Assembly: GCA_949292985.1 (NCBI GenBank)
Contig: CASFBF010000010.1
Coordinates: forward strand, 13,485-77,484
Length of the DNA: 64,000 bases
Source: an uncultured Bacillota bacterium
Lineage (GTDB): Bacteria; Bacillota; Clostridia; Christensenellales; UBA1242
Reading direction: 5' to 3'
Shown here: positions 57,601 through 63,810 of the stretch, one piece after another
Layout of the letters: each line of letters starts with the position of its first letter
Position numbering within the stretch: position 1 is the stretch's first letter
The notes under the pieces: generated by a model
Seen by the model: only the letters and a program-made list of their open reading frames with translations
Database searches by the model: none
What the model was told of the DNA's origin: nothing
Program-made: the position numbers and the translations under genes

Positions 57601-58815
57601 AGTTTGTTCATATCCATTAACTACAATATTTTCAGGAGCCACCCTTATTAGAACAGGCAACTGTAAATTTTGCGAAACCGAACTATCGTTTGCATTTTCA
57701 AACGATTGATCCCCTATGGAATAATATAATTTAAAATTTAAATTTGTTGTTATGGCTTGAATAGTAGCGCTTGAAACTTGATATCTATATGTGGCAAAAT
57801 TTTCTTTAAATAAAGGGTCGCCTTGATTTGCCAGTTGTTTGGTAATTGTAAGCAAAGAACTGTTTTCTGCTTTATCTTCAAACGTGATGAAATTTTCTTC
57901 GTAGACTGTACCTGAATTTTGTATATATGAAGGCACTCTGACAATAAAATCAACCACATCTGCACCATCATTATCGTTTGCAATAATTGTAATTCCATCT
58001 TGTATATTTACAGGTTCATCATCGACTATAATTTCTATTGAATTTTCAGGTAAAGATGGCAAAACAGTAAAATATGCTAAAACTGATTCTATCTTTAATG
58101 TTTGCGCATTTTCATATCTTGCCATAAAGTTAATTTGAGTGCCCAAACTTACAACACTACTGCCAAATGTTTCACCATTTTCTTTTACAAAACTGAGAAT
58201 GTATTGTTGAGTATCATTATCGTATGTTAAATTTGCACTAACAAAAGCATTTTCATCACTTATTTCACTTGCTAATTCAGTTTTATGAAATGTTAAAGTT
58301 CTTTCAGTAGAATTTGAATCAAACTTATACATATTTTCATTAGGAACAAATGGTGAGTCTTGTGTAACATATAAAAGTTGTTCATCTTTTAAAGCAACGG
58401 AAGAAGAATATTGTCTTACTTCAATGCTGACAAATGCTTGCTTATTCCCTTCCCTAGATGTTGCCACAAGTTTTGTAGAACCGCCACTTATTCCAGTTAC
58501 TCTAACTATTGTTTGAGTTTCTTCTTGAGAAATAATCTGTAAAGAAACATGTTCGCTAGTAGCAGAAGCGACAGTACTATCAATTAACGCAAAACTTAAT
58601 GCACCATCTACTCCCTTTTCATAATTGCCGAGTGTAAAGGTGACATCTGCGCTTTCGCCAACAAAAATTGAAATATTAGTTTTGTCTGGTGTGATAGTAA
58701 GTTTAGAAGCAGGGCTTTCGCCACAACCGACAAAAAAGAGGCCAGAGAGCAAGAAAACGACTCCCAGGCAAATAATAGTTATCAATTTTTTAAATTTGTA
58801 ACTAACTTTTTGCAT
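48667..58815 (-). CDS. Giant (3,382 aa) surface lipoprotein with Ig-like and GLUG-type repeat blocks
   Basis: A single uninterrupted 10,149-nt ORF with AAGGGG SD and a signal peptide plus lipobox (…GLFFVG|CGES). A Big_2-like Ig segment lies near the N-terminus. Three blocks of GLUG-like repeats (GGLVG/GGIAG/GGVIG/GGIVG every ~25-30 aa) lie at roughly nt 54800-55450, 51040-51675 and 49200-50345. Confidence 0.85.
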   Translation of the reverse strand: MQKVSYKFKKLITIICLGVVFLLSGLFFVGCGESPASKLTITPDKTNISIFVGESADVTFTLGNYEKGVDGALSFALIDSTVASATSEHVSLQIISQEETQTIVRVTGISGGSTKLVATSREGNKQAFVSIEVRQYSSSVALKDEQLLYVTQDSPFVPNENMYKFDSNSTERTLTFHKTELASEISDENAFVSANLTYDNDTQQYILSFVKENGETFGSSVVSLGTQINFMARYENAQTLKIESVLAYFTVLPSLPENSIEIIVDDEPVNIQDGITIIANDNDGADVVDFIVRVPSYIQNSGTVYEENFITFEDKAENSSLLTITKQLANQGDPLFKENFATYRYQVSSATIQAITTNLNFKLYYSIGDQSFENANDSSVSQNLQLPVLIRVAPENIVVNGYEQTAPENNYHFYNYYDGDYGWQEFKIDVYRTDSSFDYVLVTFGNDVIVKYQNKTVSSPFKVYNINEPIFIRGASSVGESTQSKQIKFEVVSDYISQDTNSVVYSVNYTISTGATSLVFDDAGVPYEYYENNENSGVFVSSSSQAEIFAHLVSDYAFKSVTPLFYSGDEGSVIVEYIDAELVEFETEQNTVCLKITPRKTGIATYKIMLDNGVSKLVTFRVINTFDSLSVNIAGTENNGVLSYEKVEPSIDPELGQLNDEMNIILQNSSSIDANNQPIITYGKNATVELTSSNGKQIFDNITYKFTNGNILSIAQNGNAVYTVSTNSFGETVLDFAVKGVVVDKDFIKQTTTKYARVNFVSTVPVSQFNLNVAGSDISASSVSLYVGNNISDSSLQTTSFTSTISPSNAYGFYNPLTDEMINDTFKTQYIYWTLNDTTLCFNATNNELADKMVYGNIYKIGISASNYFGLFDTNTMTFTVNPNYGYEFSFTMFASLRQYGISKYFPINIQGQAYDNVSNIYTNLDQDVQFVFSPSETTFQVAVFLNPNNATDKDIVVRYISTNADIDDPLLINLSDVLYSKTSQNNQNVSITKINDNGTWLISVELNESVSNADNSNFSQLSGVLQIIPNAWFVNEKIISGYENSIVSITFNYENGTIANPFWIQNAQDLINIGQSSAAMKAHYRLETTIDLSSYTDQLPLGKNITKQEDRVFSGSIISLTGDAVITGINIKNGVDNNFGLFPQISGNISGIKFEGSINVETTNNNVNVGLVCGILTKDGILGGDFNNSNITFTGSISAKILSSNISVVSGNIGGLVGQNKGLIKNMNVLFDGQMLVKASKEYSDNTFVAGIAGTSAGGKINGRSEDERADLFGYSAYSVYALISVQDYSGELTGNASSVVAVSSGEITQILAGGEIFANSVGGIVRTMTAGKLEDITTRVFVRGNEIALVGVKVEANVTLPETASSIKIQATDDGVHLGIYASMGVLFANTSSYTGSKQEQLDKIAFYLPKLSEDSEAQISCGNFAEFSSYITRQEVKQSTSIKENFTLDQFYADFIVVNSATESVIYKFNFEDASTALSIHPNSDNGFYAYSSTDGNTNVNVINMYYFEASGSYQNGAFTTSNLHLAQQALSPLNTLNIGDSLYPIIIEGSDLNMTSLSANLEISETGQIVVKGTGLAKVEISSLLNQKENEIIYFNVINYFNVQSYKIENDIVQDGEIVLAKETGIFTIGNLTLGQNASFNVYSNGGVDVLISPSYLLNTQINSQSVSISRDGLVTINGNLIQLAKNYSVSASVSVADSDADKQLTYGAYVDSRDGLTFVKTSQSTTTSTMQDIINLSAAIIVDVEGKTYQLEITTLKNVSINYYEGATAINTKKDRYVLTPSSGDNDLIVITSDDKNDSLVADLVEGLYELEVVDEEGKTTDLFNAFVSKASSLKFNLNISVDKTSTAFKNRQTENIYKTYYLNLKAKSNPNTALKVIEISLHQENVDTIIVNNFPSLSEIKDSNFVVPGRVGVFSITLSPIDADFDYVEINNNAINSLQGSSIASFVLGTYESTTGTFIEISGSEITSHGIRISRQVLESIDGYQGQFYVRYMFSNNSVVDGQNVAIDVSVIQNGGVFSNTFSYQIYKQEFVSVDFAEYPGKTEVARGLSYLLNVQAVGYDNIQLTTSNPQLAQIVKDEQTGYYQLVVTNDAINYQANKNTFSILLTASRVNEFGQEVPANDEINITILEYVINYNYYDANGNPVNLDIISNMSNGVIDIALGEKARLSVTFGDLIEYNVNNTTVVALVNNFLNQLTTNGKWTIYTDLNVNNESGIPVHSIPLKKSDSTASILTSNNSLTIPYLKTEGLTLTPLRTQQISSRRYFLSFESYYKINNGVYEFVSESEATGGGVKPIYTEFDINAFMRGSEQSPNPITSYDEFLEMLPGGYYILLNDIEIPAESFVPLDTQIAYLDGNNYKFIFNDSQYSIGSIGQAGLFANVSTSTVLKNITLEIGSADISAVSFTSSASTAVIFGLVAGVNNGSITNASVQTHSNTTVYLTFTSTPATEGYYFGGISGQNTGFISNSRVNIKAQSLISMGGVAGVNQGTIASSAFKEGMIICNSTYNNIFVMGGLVATNSENAKILTSYVSGNVTSNKVYADGTESMLDSSVQVGGFVHTNQGIIEDCYSNIPILTSSRSAGFAYSNVASIERCFSTSKIIGDNSATNYYFAGEGDGVFEDCYYIRGNKINITLSPLSHEGITQLTYNENDSGEVTLNDFANLTTYFANYSYSSVPSYSSVWFYSDGTTGDKFDGMQFAGGRLELVSANIIASSQKENIGTTTDANGVLIYQYITAENTPEDGSVFNPYIIYSPETMENYLNSPNKIASGNYRIINDINYASLPSDYTNLYSVNLSGCLEGNGATISGIQLSSSAASQSAGLFANIYGSTSANACVMNLTVVPQEVAFTNSNIVGALAGTIQNANLYNIKIYGSTSGMETTEADEIVTVTGKNIVGGVIGLALGNYDIKNIDSVIGAFATNVPATSATNDYESEDLSKLSFAGGVIGYLGGRGKISGTNISRGALNILGAKAGLAFGGIAKSVSASNVVVAINSSMKISAYKYGGFIAGEVKGSLSNVYVYSYGVTSATFSLTPYVADAIGGIAGLLRNGGTISMAYMQQGFIIGNQPTATVVINTVDSIGGIVGKVEGNNNSISQVIVDGNIVARNVLGGVVGEISGQVSISQAAVKSSSLKIEGQLARPIIGGIVGFVNQNSIVSVSDSYSQVATIIIDTYTYSSAITAFFGGIIGNNSGSSLTLNNIYSTSAYNITVEDNNSSDATAQVYGVQFGADHPSYILQSGEGLQQMDRYFAIGQRTYANLEDWEHKEDEEISYSIIQSSDLKLSNVYNSSIAGSVTTVGDADILNQGYTTIFAKKYNSDISLTQNEYGTDLYTNFGDTAIQPLAKTLQSFYNLFKNNSLWETSASGFSVLSFEKSLL

Positions 58816-58824
58816 AAACCCCTT

Positions 58825-61557
58825 TTATTCGTTGGCGTTTGAGAAAATAGACTTGATATAGTCTTGAGCCACAACTTGAATCATAGTTCTATTTGTTGGG
58901 CCAGTAATCAAAAACGCTTGTCCCAAACCAGCCGTAACGATAGCGTTTTGTTCTTCTTCGTTAATACCACCTGATTTTTTATAAAGTTCGACCAAGTCAT
59001 TGATATCGTTTGGTGCAAGCGAGAAAATAAGTGAGTATTGGCAGGCATTGATAACAGCGGTAGATTGTCTTTGAATTTCCTCGCTACCAACAAAGTCGGC
59101 AATATTTTGTGTAATAACAATTTGCATGCCCCAATATTTACGAATACGTTTAGCCATTTGCGCCATGAAATCAAGAGCAATTGGGTATCTAGGATTAATA
59201 AACACGTGTGCTTCATCGACGGCAATGATAATTTTACGATTATTTTTCTTATCACCTTTATGATATTTTGCGTTAAAATCCTTATTATTTATAATTTCGT
59301 TGTTCAAGTATCTAAACACCAAAAGCATTTGCGCATTTGTAAGTAACGAGTTATTGTTTGCGATAAGCGATTGAAAGTTAAAACATACAAAGTTTTCGTT
59401 AGTCTCAATTGAAGTTGGTCCGTTCCACAATTTACTGTTTCTCCCGCCTGATGCAAATTTTTTGATGTAAGTTTCAATAGTCATCAAATTACGCATAGTA
59501 AAGTCATCTTTACATGTTTTTATTCTTTGCAAAATCAACTCATATAAATCATCAAAAATTGGGTAATCTTTTGGTTTTAAATTTGGTATGTAAGTATTTT
59601 CGTCTATGCCTTTTTTCTTATAAACATCAACAATCAAAGAGTTCAAAAGTTCAAATGCATCTGAGTTGATACCTTCCAAAATGCTTCTGAAAAATTGCTC
59701 CAAAAATTGCAAATGTTGAGAATAAGAATCGTTTACAATTTCAACAGTTTTCTTTTTCTTTTTTGCTTTAAATGTTTCTGGATCGAAATCTTCATCATTT
59801 TCATCATCTTCTTCTGCTTCTTCCTCTTCGTTTTCATCAAGCGAAGCTATGATATGAAATGGGTTAATAATACCGTGCATTGAAGAGCCAACATCAATAT
59901 ATTTCCCACCTAGATGTTCCGTTAAAAGAGCATATTCTTTTTCTGGGTCAAGAATAAAAATTTTGCAGTTATCCGCAGCCAAATTTGCAAGCAAAGTTTT
60001 TGTGGCATAACTTTTCCCCGAACCTGACTTACCAATAACCATCATGTTTGAATTGACACGAGTATTATCTCTGGCAAAGAAATCAACAAAAACAGGGTAT
60101 TCATTATCACCTATATAAATACCTGTCTCGTCTTGCAATGCACTTGAAATGAATGGGAATACAGCAGCAAGAGTTGAAGTAGGAATTCCACGTCTATAAT
60201 TTTTGATGTTATCTCTTCTAGATATATTTGCACTGATAAAAGCATCTTGTTGGCGAGCGAACATTTCACTAAATTTAAATCCACTTTGTTTAAGCATCGC
60301 CTTAACATCACGTTTTGCAGCATCTTCACAAGTTATGTAAGTGTTAACATCATAAAGTTGTTGGTTGTTGTTTTTAAGATTTACAAGCAACTCTCTAAGA
60401 GTATCAACGTGCGTTTCAAGTTCAATTCTGCTAGAAGAACGACCTGTTCTATAAAGTTTGCTTTCCATATCCATTATGGCTTTATCGATTGAACGCTCTG
60501 CATTATACTTTGGAACTTGATTAAACTTCATTACAACTTTGGTTCTATCTAAAAGGAAAATATCCGCACCCCAAGCATTACCAACATTTAAAGGATAATC
60601 AGTAATAGCATATGTTCTAAAAGCATTATCATCAATAAAATATCGTGCTGCTTTAAATCGAACTTGTTTTGGCTTTGCCCAATCTATATGTTGAGAAAGC
60701 GGAATGCTTTCGAGATCTCTTTGATCAAACTCTCTGCCATAGTTTGCTTTTAAAAATATTGTTAAGTCAGAGCCATACAATCTCTTTGCGCTAACAGGTG
60801 ACAATGATGAAGCCAAAGAATTGATCATACCGTTTACGGTATTTTCCAAAAGGTCCATATCTTTGTCAAAAACGACTACATAAAAATGATCTTTGTATAC
60901 TTTATCACGCCTATTTAAATTTTCCATGAAAGAAACGCGTTCTTCAAAGATAGGGCTTCTAGCATCAACTTCTTTTTCAGTAACTTGGTGTTCAAGTTGC
61001 ATTTCTAAAAGAAGGTCATATTTTTTGTTTTCGTTATAAATGTAATTATCAAGCACCATTGCTAAATTTAATTTAATAATGGAACAGGTTTGGTCAGGGG
61101 TTAATCTTCGTAATGCGTTTGCAAAACTTTCAATAACGTTATCTTGAGTATATTCGGTAAGAAGCCCAAACAACACAGGCTTAATTTCAATAACTTGTCC
61201 ATAATATGTACCAAAATTTATAAAGCGATCTTGGTAAAGGCCTTCAAACGGAATCATTTCGCCTATATCAGATTTTTTGCCTTTACCTGGGTCAGCGGAG
61301 AATTTTTTCTTCTGCGCCATAAACCTGAACAAATATGCGCAAGTAACATAAAATCTTTCCTCATCAGCAACTTTAATAAAAATTGAAAGATAAAGGATAG
61401 TAAAAACAGCAGCCACCCAAAAATGTCCAGTAAAATTTGATGCGAACAAAATAACTGCTACTGCCACACCTATAACAGCCAAAATTAAATCTAAACCAGT
61501 AACGCCTTTAACAAATTCAAGTTTAACCTTGGTTCTTCTTGGAATTACACGTTGCAT
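58825..61557 (-). CDS. VirB4/TraE-family (T4SS-type) ATPase with fused N-terminal PrgI/VirB3-like two-TM module
   Basis: 910 aa with GGAGAG SD and two N-terminal TMs (LILAVIGVAVAVILF; HFWVAAVFTILYLSIFI). NTPase motifs are Walker A GKSGSGKSY, ILDPEKEY, Walker B IIIAVDEAHVF and IVITQN. The stop lies 9 nt before the giant ORF's ATG. Confidence 0.7.
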   Translation of the reverse strand: MQRVIPRRTKVKLEFVKGVTGLDLILAVIGVAVAVILFASNFTGHFWVAAVFTILYLSIFIKVADEERFYVTCAYLFRFMAQKKKFSADPGKGKKSDIGEMIPFEGLYQDRFINFGTYYGQVIEIKPVLFGLLTEYTQDNVIESFANALRRLTPDQTCSIIKLNLAMVLDNYIYNENKKYDLLLEMQLEHQVTEKEVDARSPIFEERVSFMENLNRRDKVYKDHFYVVVFDKDMDLLENTVNGMINSLASSLSPVSAKRLYGSDLTIFLKANYGREFDQRDLESIPLSQHIDWAKPKQVRFKAARYFIDDNAFRTYAITDYPLNVGNAWGADIFLLDRTKVVMKFNQVPKYNAERSIDKAIMDMESKLYRTGRSSSRIELETHVDTLRELLVNLKNNNQQLYDVNTYITCEDAAKRDVKAMLKQSGFKFSEMFARQQDAFISANISRRDNIKNYRRGIPTSTLAAVFPFISSALQDETGIYIGDNEYPVFVDFFARDNTRVNSNMMVIGKSGSGKSYATKTLLANLAADNCKIFILDPEKEYALLTEHLGGKYIDVGSSMHGIINPFHIIASLDENEEEEAEEDDENDEDFDPETFKAKKKKKTVEIVNDSYSQHLQFLEQFFRSILEGINSDAFELLNSLIVDVYKKKGIDENTYIPNLKPKDYPIFDDLYELILQRIKTCKDDFTMRNLMTIETYIKKFASGGRNSKLWNGPTSIETNENFVCFNFQSLIANNNSLLTNAQMLLVFRYLNNEIINNKDFNAKYHKGDKKNNRKIIIAVDEAHVFINPRYPIALDFMAQMAKRIRKYWGMQIVITQNIADFVGSEEIQRQSTAVINACQYSLIFSLAPNDINDLVELYKKSGGINEEEQNAIVTAGLGQAFLITGPTNRTMIQVVAQDYIKSIFSNANE

Positions 61558-61618
61558 AGTATTTCTCTCCTTGTAAATATTTTACTACAAACAACTTGAA
61601 AAATACAAACGATTTAAC

Positions 61619-62311
61619 CTATTTGCAATTATAAAATAATATATTTAATTTATTGTGTTTTTTTGCTTCATTTAATTTTTTTTGAGTAATTATTTCGAAT
61701 TTTTTGATAATTAATTCGTTATTTAAACCGAAAATATCTCTTGTTGCCATTTTTCCTATTAAATTTTTTGCATCAGTTGAAATTCTATATGGTGTTGCAA
61801 CTACTTCTTTTATCTGAGGAGAAGACATTATAGACACTATTTCTTCATGGTGATTTGTATGAAAAACTGGTTTTTGTTGGATATTGTCAAAAGATTTTTT
61901 CTTTTTGCCAATAATTATTGCATCGTTGCCCCAAACGCTGATTTGTTTAGGAGCAAAGGTTAATTTGTCGGTAACAAAAGCCTCAACTTTAAAGTTATTT
62001 AACAGAACCTCTTTAATTTTACCCCAATCTGTCCCATTTTTAGTAAAAACTCTTTTCCCAATTGGATTAGATAAGTTGTTATCTACGCCATAAAATAAGC
62101 AACTTCGATTTTCTACAAAAAAACAGTCAGTTGAATTTTTGATAAACTTTGTTTCAACACAACCTTCCAATTCACTTTCTTCATCAACGACAATCAAAGA
62201 TTTAATCTTTGATAAATTTTCATCAAAAACAGCATTGAGAACATAACCTAAGCCATTACCTGAACCTAAGCAATAAATTTTTTTTGAAATAATTTCTGTT
62301 AATTTTTCCAT
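61619..62311 (-). CDS. Hypothetical protein with two PRC-barrel-like segments
   Basis: 230 aa. The segments …KKIYCLGSGNGLGYVLNAVFDENLSKIKSLIVV… and …IGKRVFTKNGTDWGKIKEVLLNNFKVEAFV… resemble PRC-barrel repeats. The assignment is tentative. Confidence 0.45.
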   Translation of the reverse strand: MEKLTEIISKKIYCLGSGNGLGYVLNAVFDENLSKIKSLIVVDEESELEGCVETKFIKNSTDCFFVENRSCLFYGVDNNLSNPIGKRVFTKNGTDWGKIKEVLLNNFKVEAFVTDKLTFAPKQISVWGNDAIIIGKKKKSFDNIQQKPVFHTNHHEEIVSIMSSPQIKEVVATPYRISTDAKNLIGKMATRDIFGLNNELIIKKFEIITQKKLNEAKKHNKLNILFYNCK

Positions 62312-62403
62312 ACCACAATTTATTAAAATAAAAATAAAATTATGAAATAATTAAAAAAAAAGACAAAAAATAACAAAAAAATTATTTTTTTTATATTTTT
62401 TTA

Positions 62404-62432
62404 TTGACTTTTAATAAATTATTTAATAAACT
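62404..62432 (+). promoter_or_regulatory. Candidate promoter positioned for a leaderless DUF1858-like mRNA
   Basis: TTGACT (62404..62409), 17 nt, TAAACT (62427..62432), 7 nt, ATG 62440. The track's TTG start is the -35 hexamer itself. Confidence 0.4.
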
Positions 62433-62439
62433 ATTTTTT

Positions 62440-62661
62440 ATGAAAAAGAAAAATAAAAAAATAATTACAAAAAATATGACCATAAAAGAAGTTTTAAAAA
62501 TAGATGAGACTTTGGCTGATGTTTTGATGGGTTTTGGTATGCATTGCATTTTTTGCCCTATGAGTCAAATGGAAACTTTGGAAGAGGCTGCGCAAGTTCA
62601 TGAAATAGATATAGATTTTTTAATAAAAAAATTAAATGAAAACGAAAACAGCGGAAAATAA
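62440..62661 (+). CDS. DUF1858-like (hybrid-cluster-protein-associated redox disulfide) small protein
   Basis: The block …MTIKEVLKIDETLADVLMGFGMHCIFCPMSQMETLEEAAQVHEIDIDFLIKKLNE… is typical of this family, including the C..C pair. The alternative start is ATG 62476. Confidence 0.6.
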   Translation: MKKKNKKIITKNMTIKEVLKIDETLADVLMGFGMHCIFCPMSQMETLEEAAQVHEIDIDFLIKKLNENENSGK

Positions 62662-62675
62662 CTCCGCTGTTTTTT
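62648..62675. terminator. Bidirectional terminator between convergent genes
   Basis: ACAGCGGA-AAATAAC-TCCGCTGT followed by T6. It overlaps the ends of both CDSs. Confidence 0.75.
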
Positions 62676-63774
62676 AAATATCCAATTTAATTTTCATCAT
62701 TTGTTTCAGTTCTTCAATGCCTTCTTTTGTTTTTGTAGATATAAAAATTTCATCACGTTTTAGTTCAAATCTTTCACATAAAAGGTCGCATTTGTTATAA
62801 ACCACAAGCCTATTTTTTGTAGCCCCAATATCATCTAAAACCTTGTTCGTAACCCTCATTGATTCAACATAATATTTTTCCTTATCGTCAGTCAATGAAG
62901 TTGCTGTTGGGTCAACCACATGCAAAATTAAATCAGCATCTTTGGCTTCTTCCAAAGTTGAAGCAAACGCATCTACAAGTTCGTGCGGAAGTTCTGAAAT
63001 AAAACCAACGGTATCAATTATCATAACCGTTTCACCATTTAAATATAATTTTCTACTTGTTGTATCCAGCGTTGCAAAATATTTATCCTTAACATAAATA
63101 TCTTCCCTTGTTAACACATTTAACAAACTGCTTTTACCAGCATTTGTATAACCGACAATAGCGATACGTTTGATAGCATTTTTTTCACGCTCTCGCCTGT
63201 TAACACTTCTTTGTTCTTTAATTTTCGCAATTTGCTTTTTTAAAGTGTCAATTTCCTTTTCAAGCAATCTCCTATCAAGTTCTATTTTACTTTCACCTGG
63301 GCCACGCATACCAACTCCGCCACCACTAAATCTGCCATCACTACCTTTCAACTGACCGATTCGTGGCAAATTATACAAATTTTGAGCAAGTTTAACTTGC
63401 AATTTTGCTTCGTTTGTTTTTGCGCCTTTAGCAAATATATCAAGTATCAGTCCTACACGGTCAATAACTCTAACCCCAAACGCATCTGACAAATTCTTAA
63501 TTTGAGAACTAACCAACTTATAATCAACTATAACAACATCAACTGGATGACTTTTTAAAAACTCACAAATTTCTTTAACCTTGCCACTTCCAATAACGGT
63601 TGATTTATTAAATTCTTTAATATTTTGCGAAAAAACTCCTTCCACCTCCAAATCTGTGGAAAGAGCCAATCTTGTAATTTCATCAATTTTCCTATTTTTA
63701 CTTTCACTTTTCTTTGTAATTACTACAACCAAAAGTGCCTTTTCTTTATCAGAAATTGTTGAATAAGATTTCAT
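62674..63774 (-). CDS. hflX: GTPase HflX
   Basis: 366 aa with an HflX N-domain and G-domain motifs G1 GYTNAGKSS, G3 DTVGF and G4 NKCD. Confidence 0.9.
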   Translation of the reverse strand: MKSYSTISDKEKALLVVVITKKSESKNRKIDEITRLALSTDLEVEGVFSQNIKEFNKSTVIGSGKVKEICEFLKSHPVDVVIVDYKLVSSQIKNLSDAFGVRVIDRVGLILDIFAKGAKTNEAKLQVKLAQNLYNLPRIGQLKGSDGRFSGGGVGMRGPGESKIELDRRLLEKEIDTLKKQIAKIKEQRSVNRREREKNAIKRIAIVGYTNAGKSSLLNVLTREDIYVKDKYFATLDTTSRKLYLNGETVMIIDTVGFISELPHELVDAFASTLEEAKDADLILHVVDPTATSLTDDKEKYYVESMRVTNKVLDDIGATKNRLVVYNKCDLLCERFELKRDEIFISTKTKEGIEELKQMMKIKLDI

Positions 63775-63780
63775 GTTTTA

Positions 63781-63810
63781 ATTATATCATATCTGCGCTG
63801 TCATCTGCAA
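63781..63810 (-). promoter_or_regulatory. Promoter inside the upstream CDS, positioned for a leaderless hflX mRNA
   Basis: Minus-strand TTGCAG (63810..63805), 18 nt, TATAAT (63786..63781), 6 nt, ATG 63774. No SD. Confidence 0.4.

Noticed and set aside
41317-58000. Numerous 60-115-aa ORFs on either strand inside rpoC, rpoB and the giant ORF (for example 45017..45361, 46334..46669, 46907..47254, 57750..57998)
   Set aside because: All are nested within or antisense to long, motif-supported CDSs. None has an SD or recognisable motifs.
48667-61557. Calling the VirB4-like gene region a conjugative element/ICE or complete T4SS
   Set aside because: The window contains no relaxase, coupling protein, VirB6/VirB8-like genes, cell-wall hydrolase, integrase, att repeats or compositional boundary. 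Only the ATPase is T4SS-like, so it is reported as an orphan module instead.
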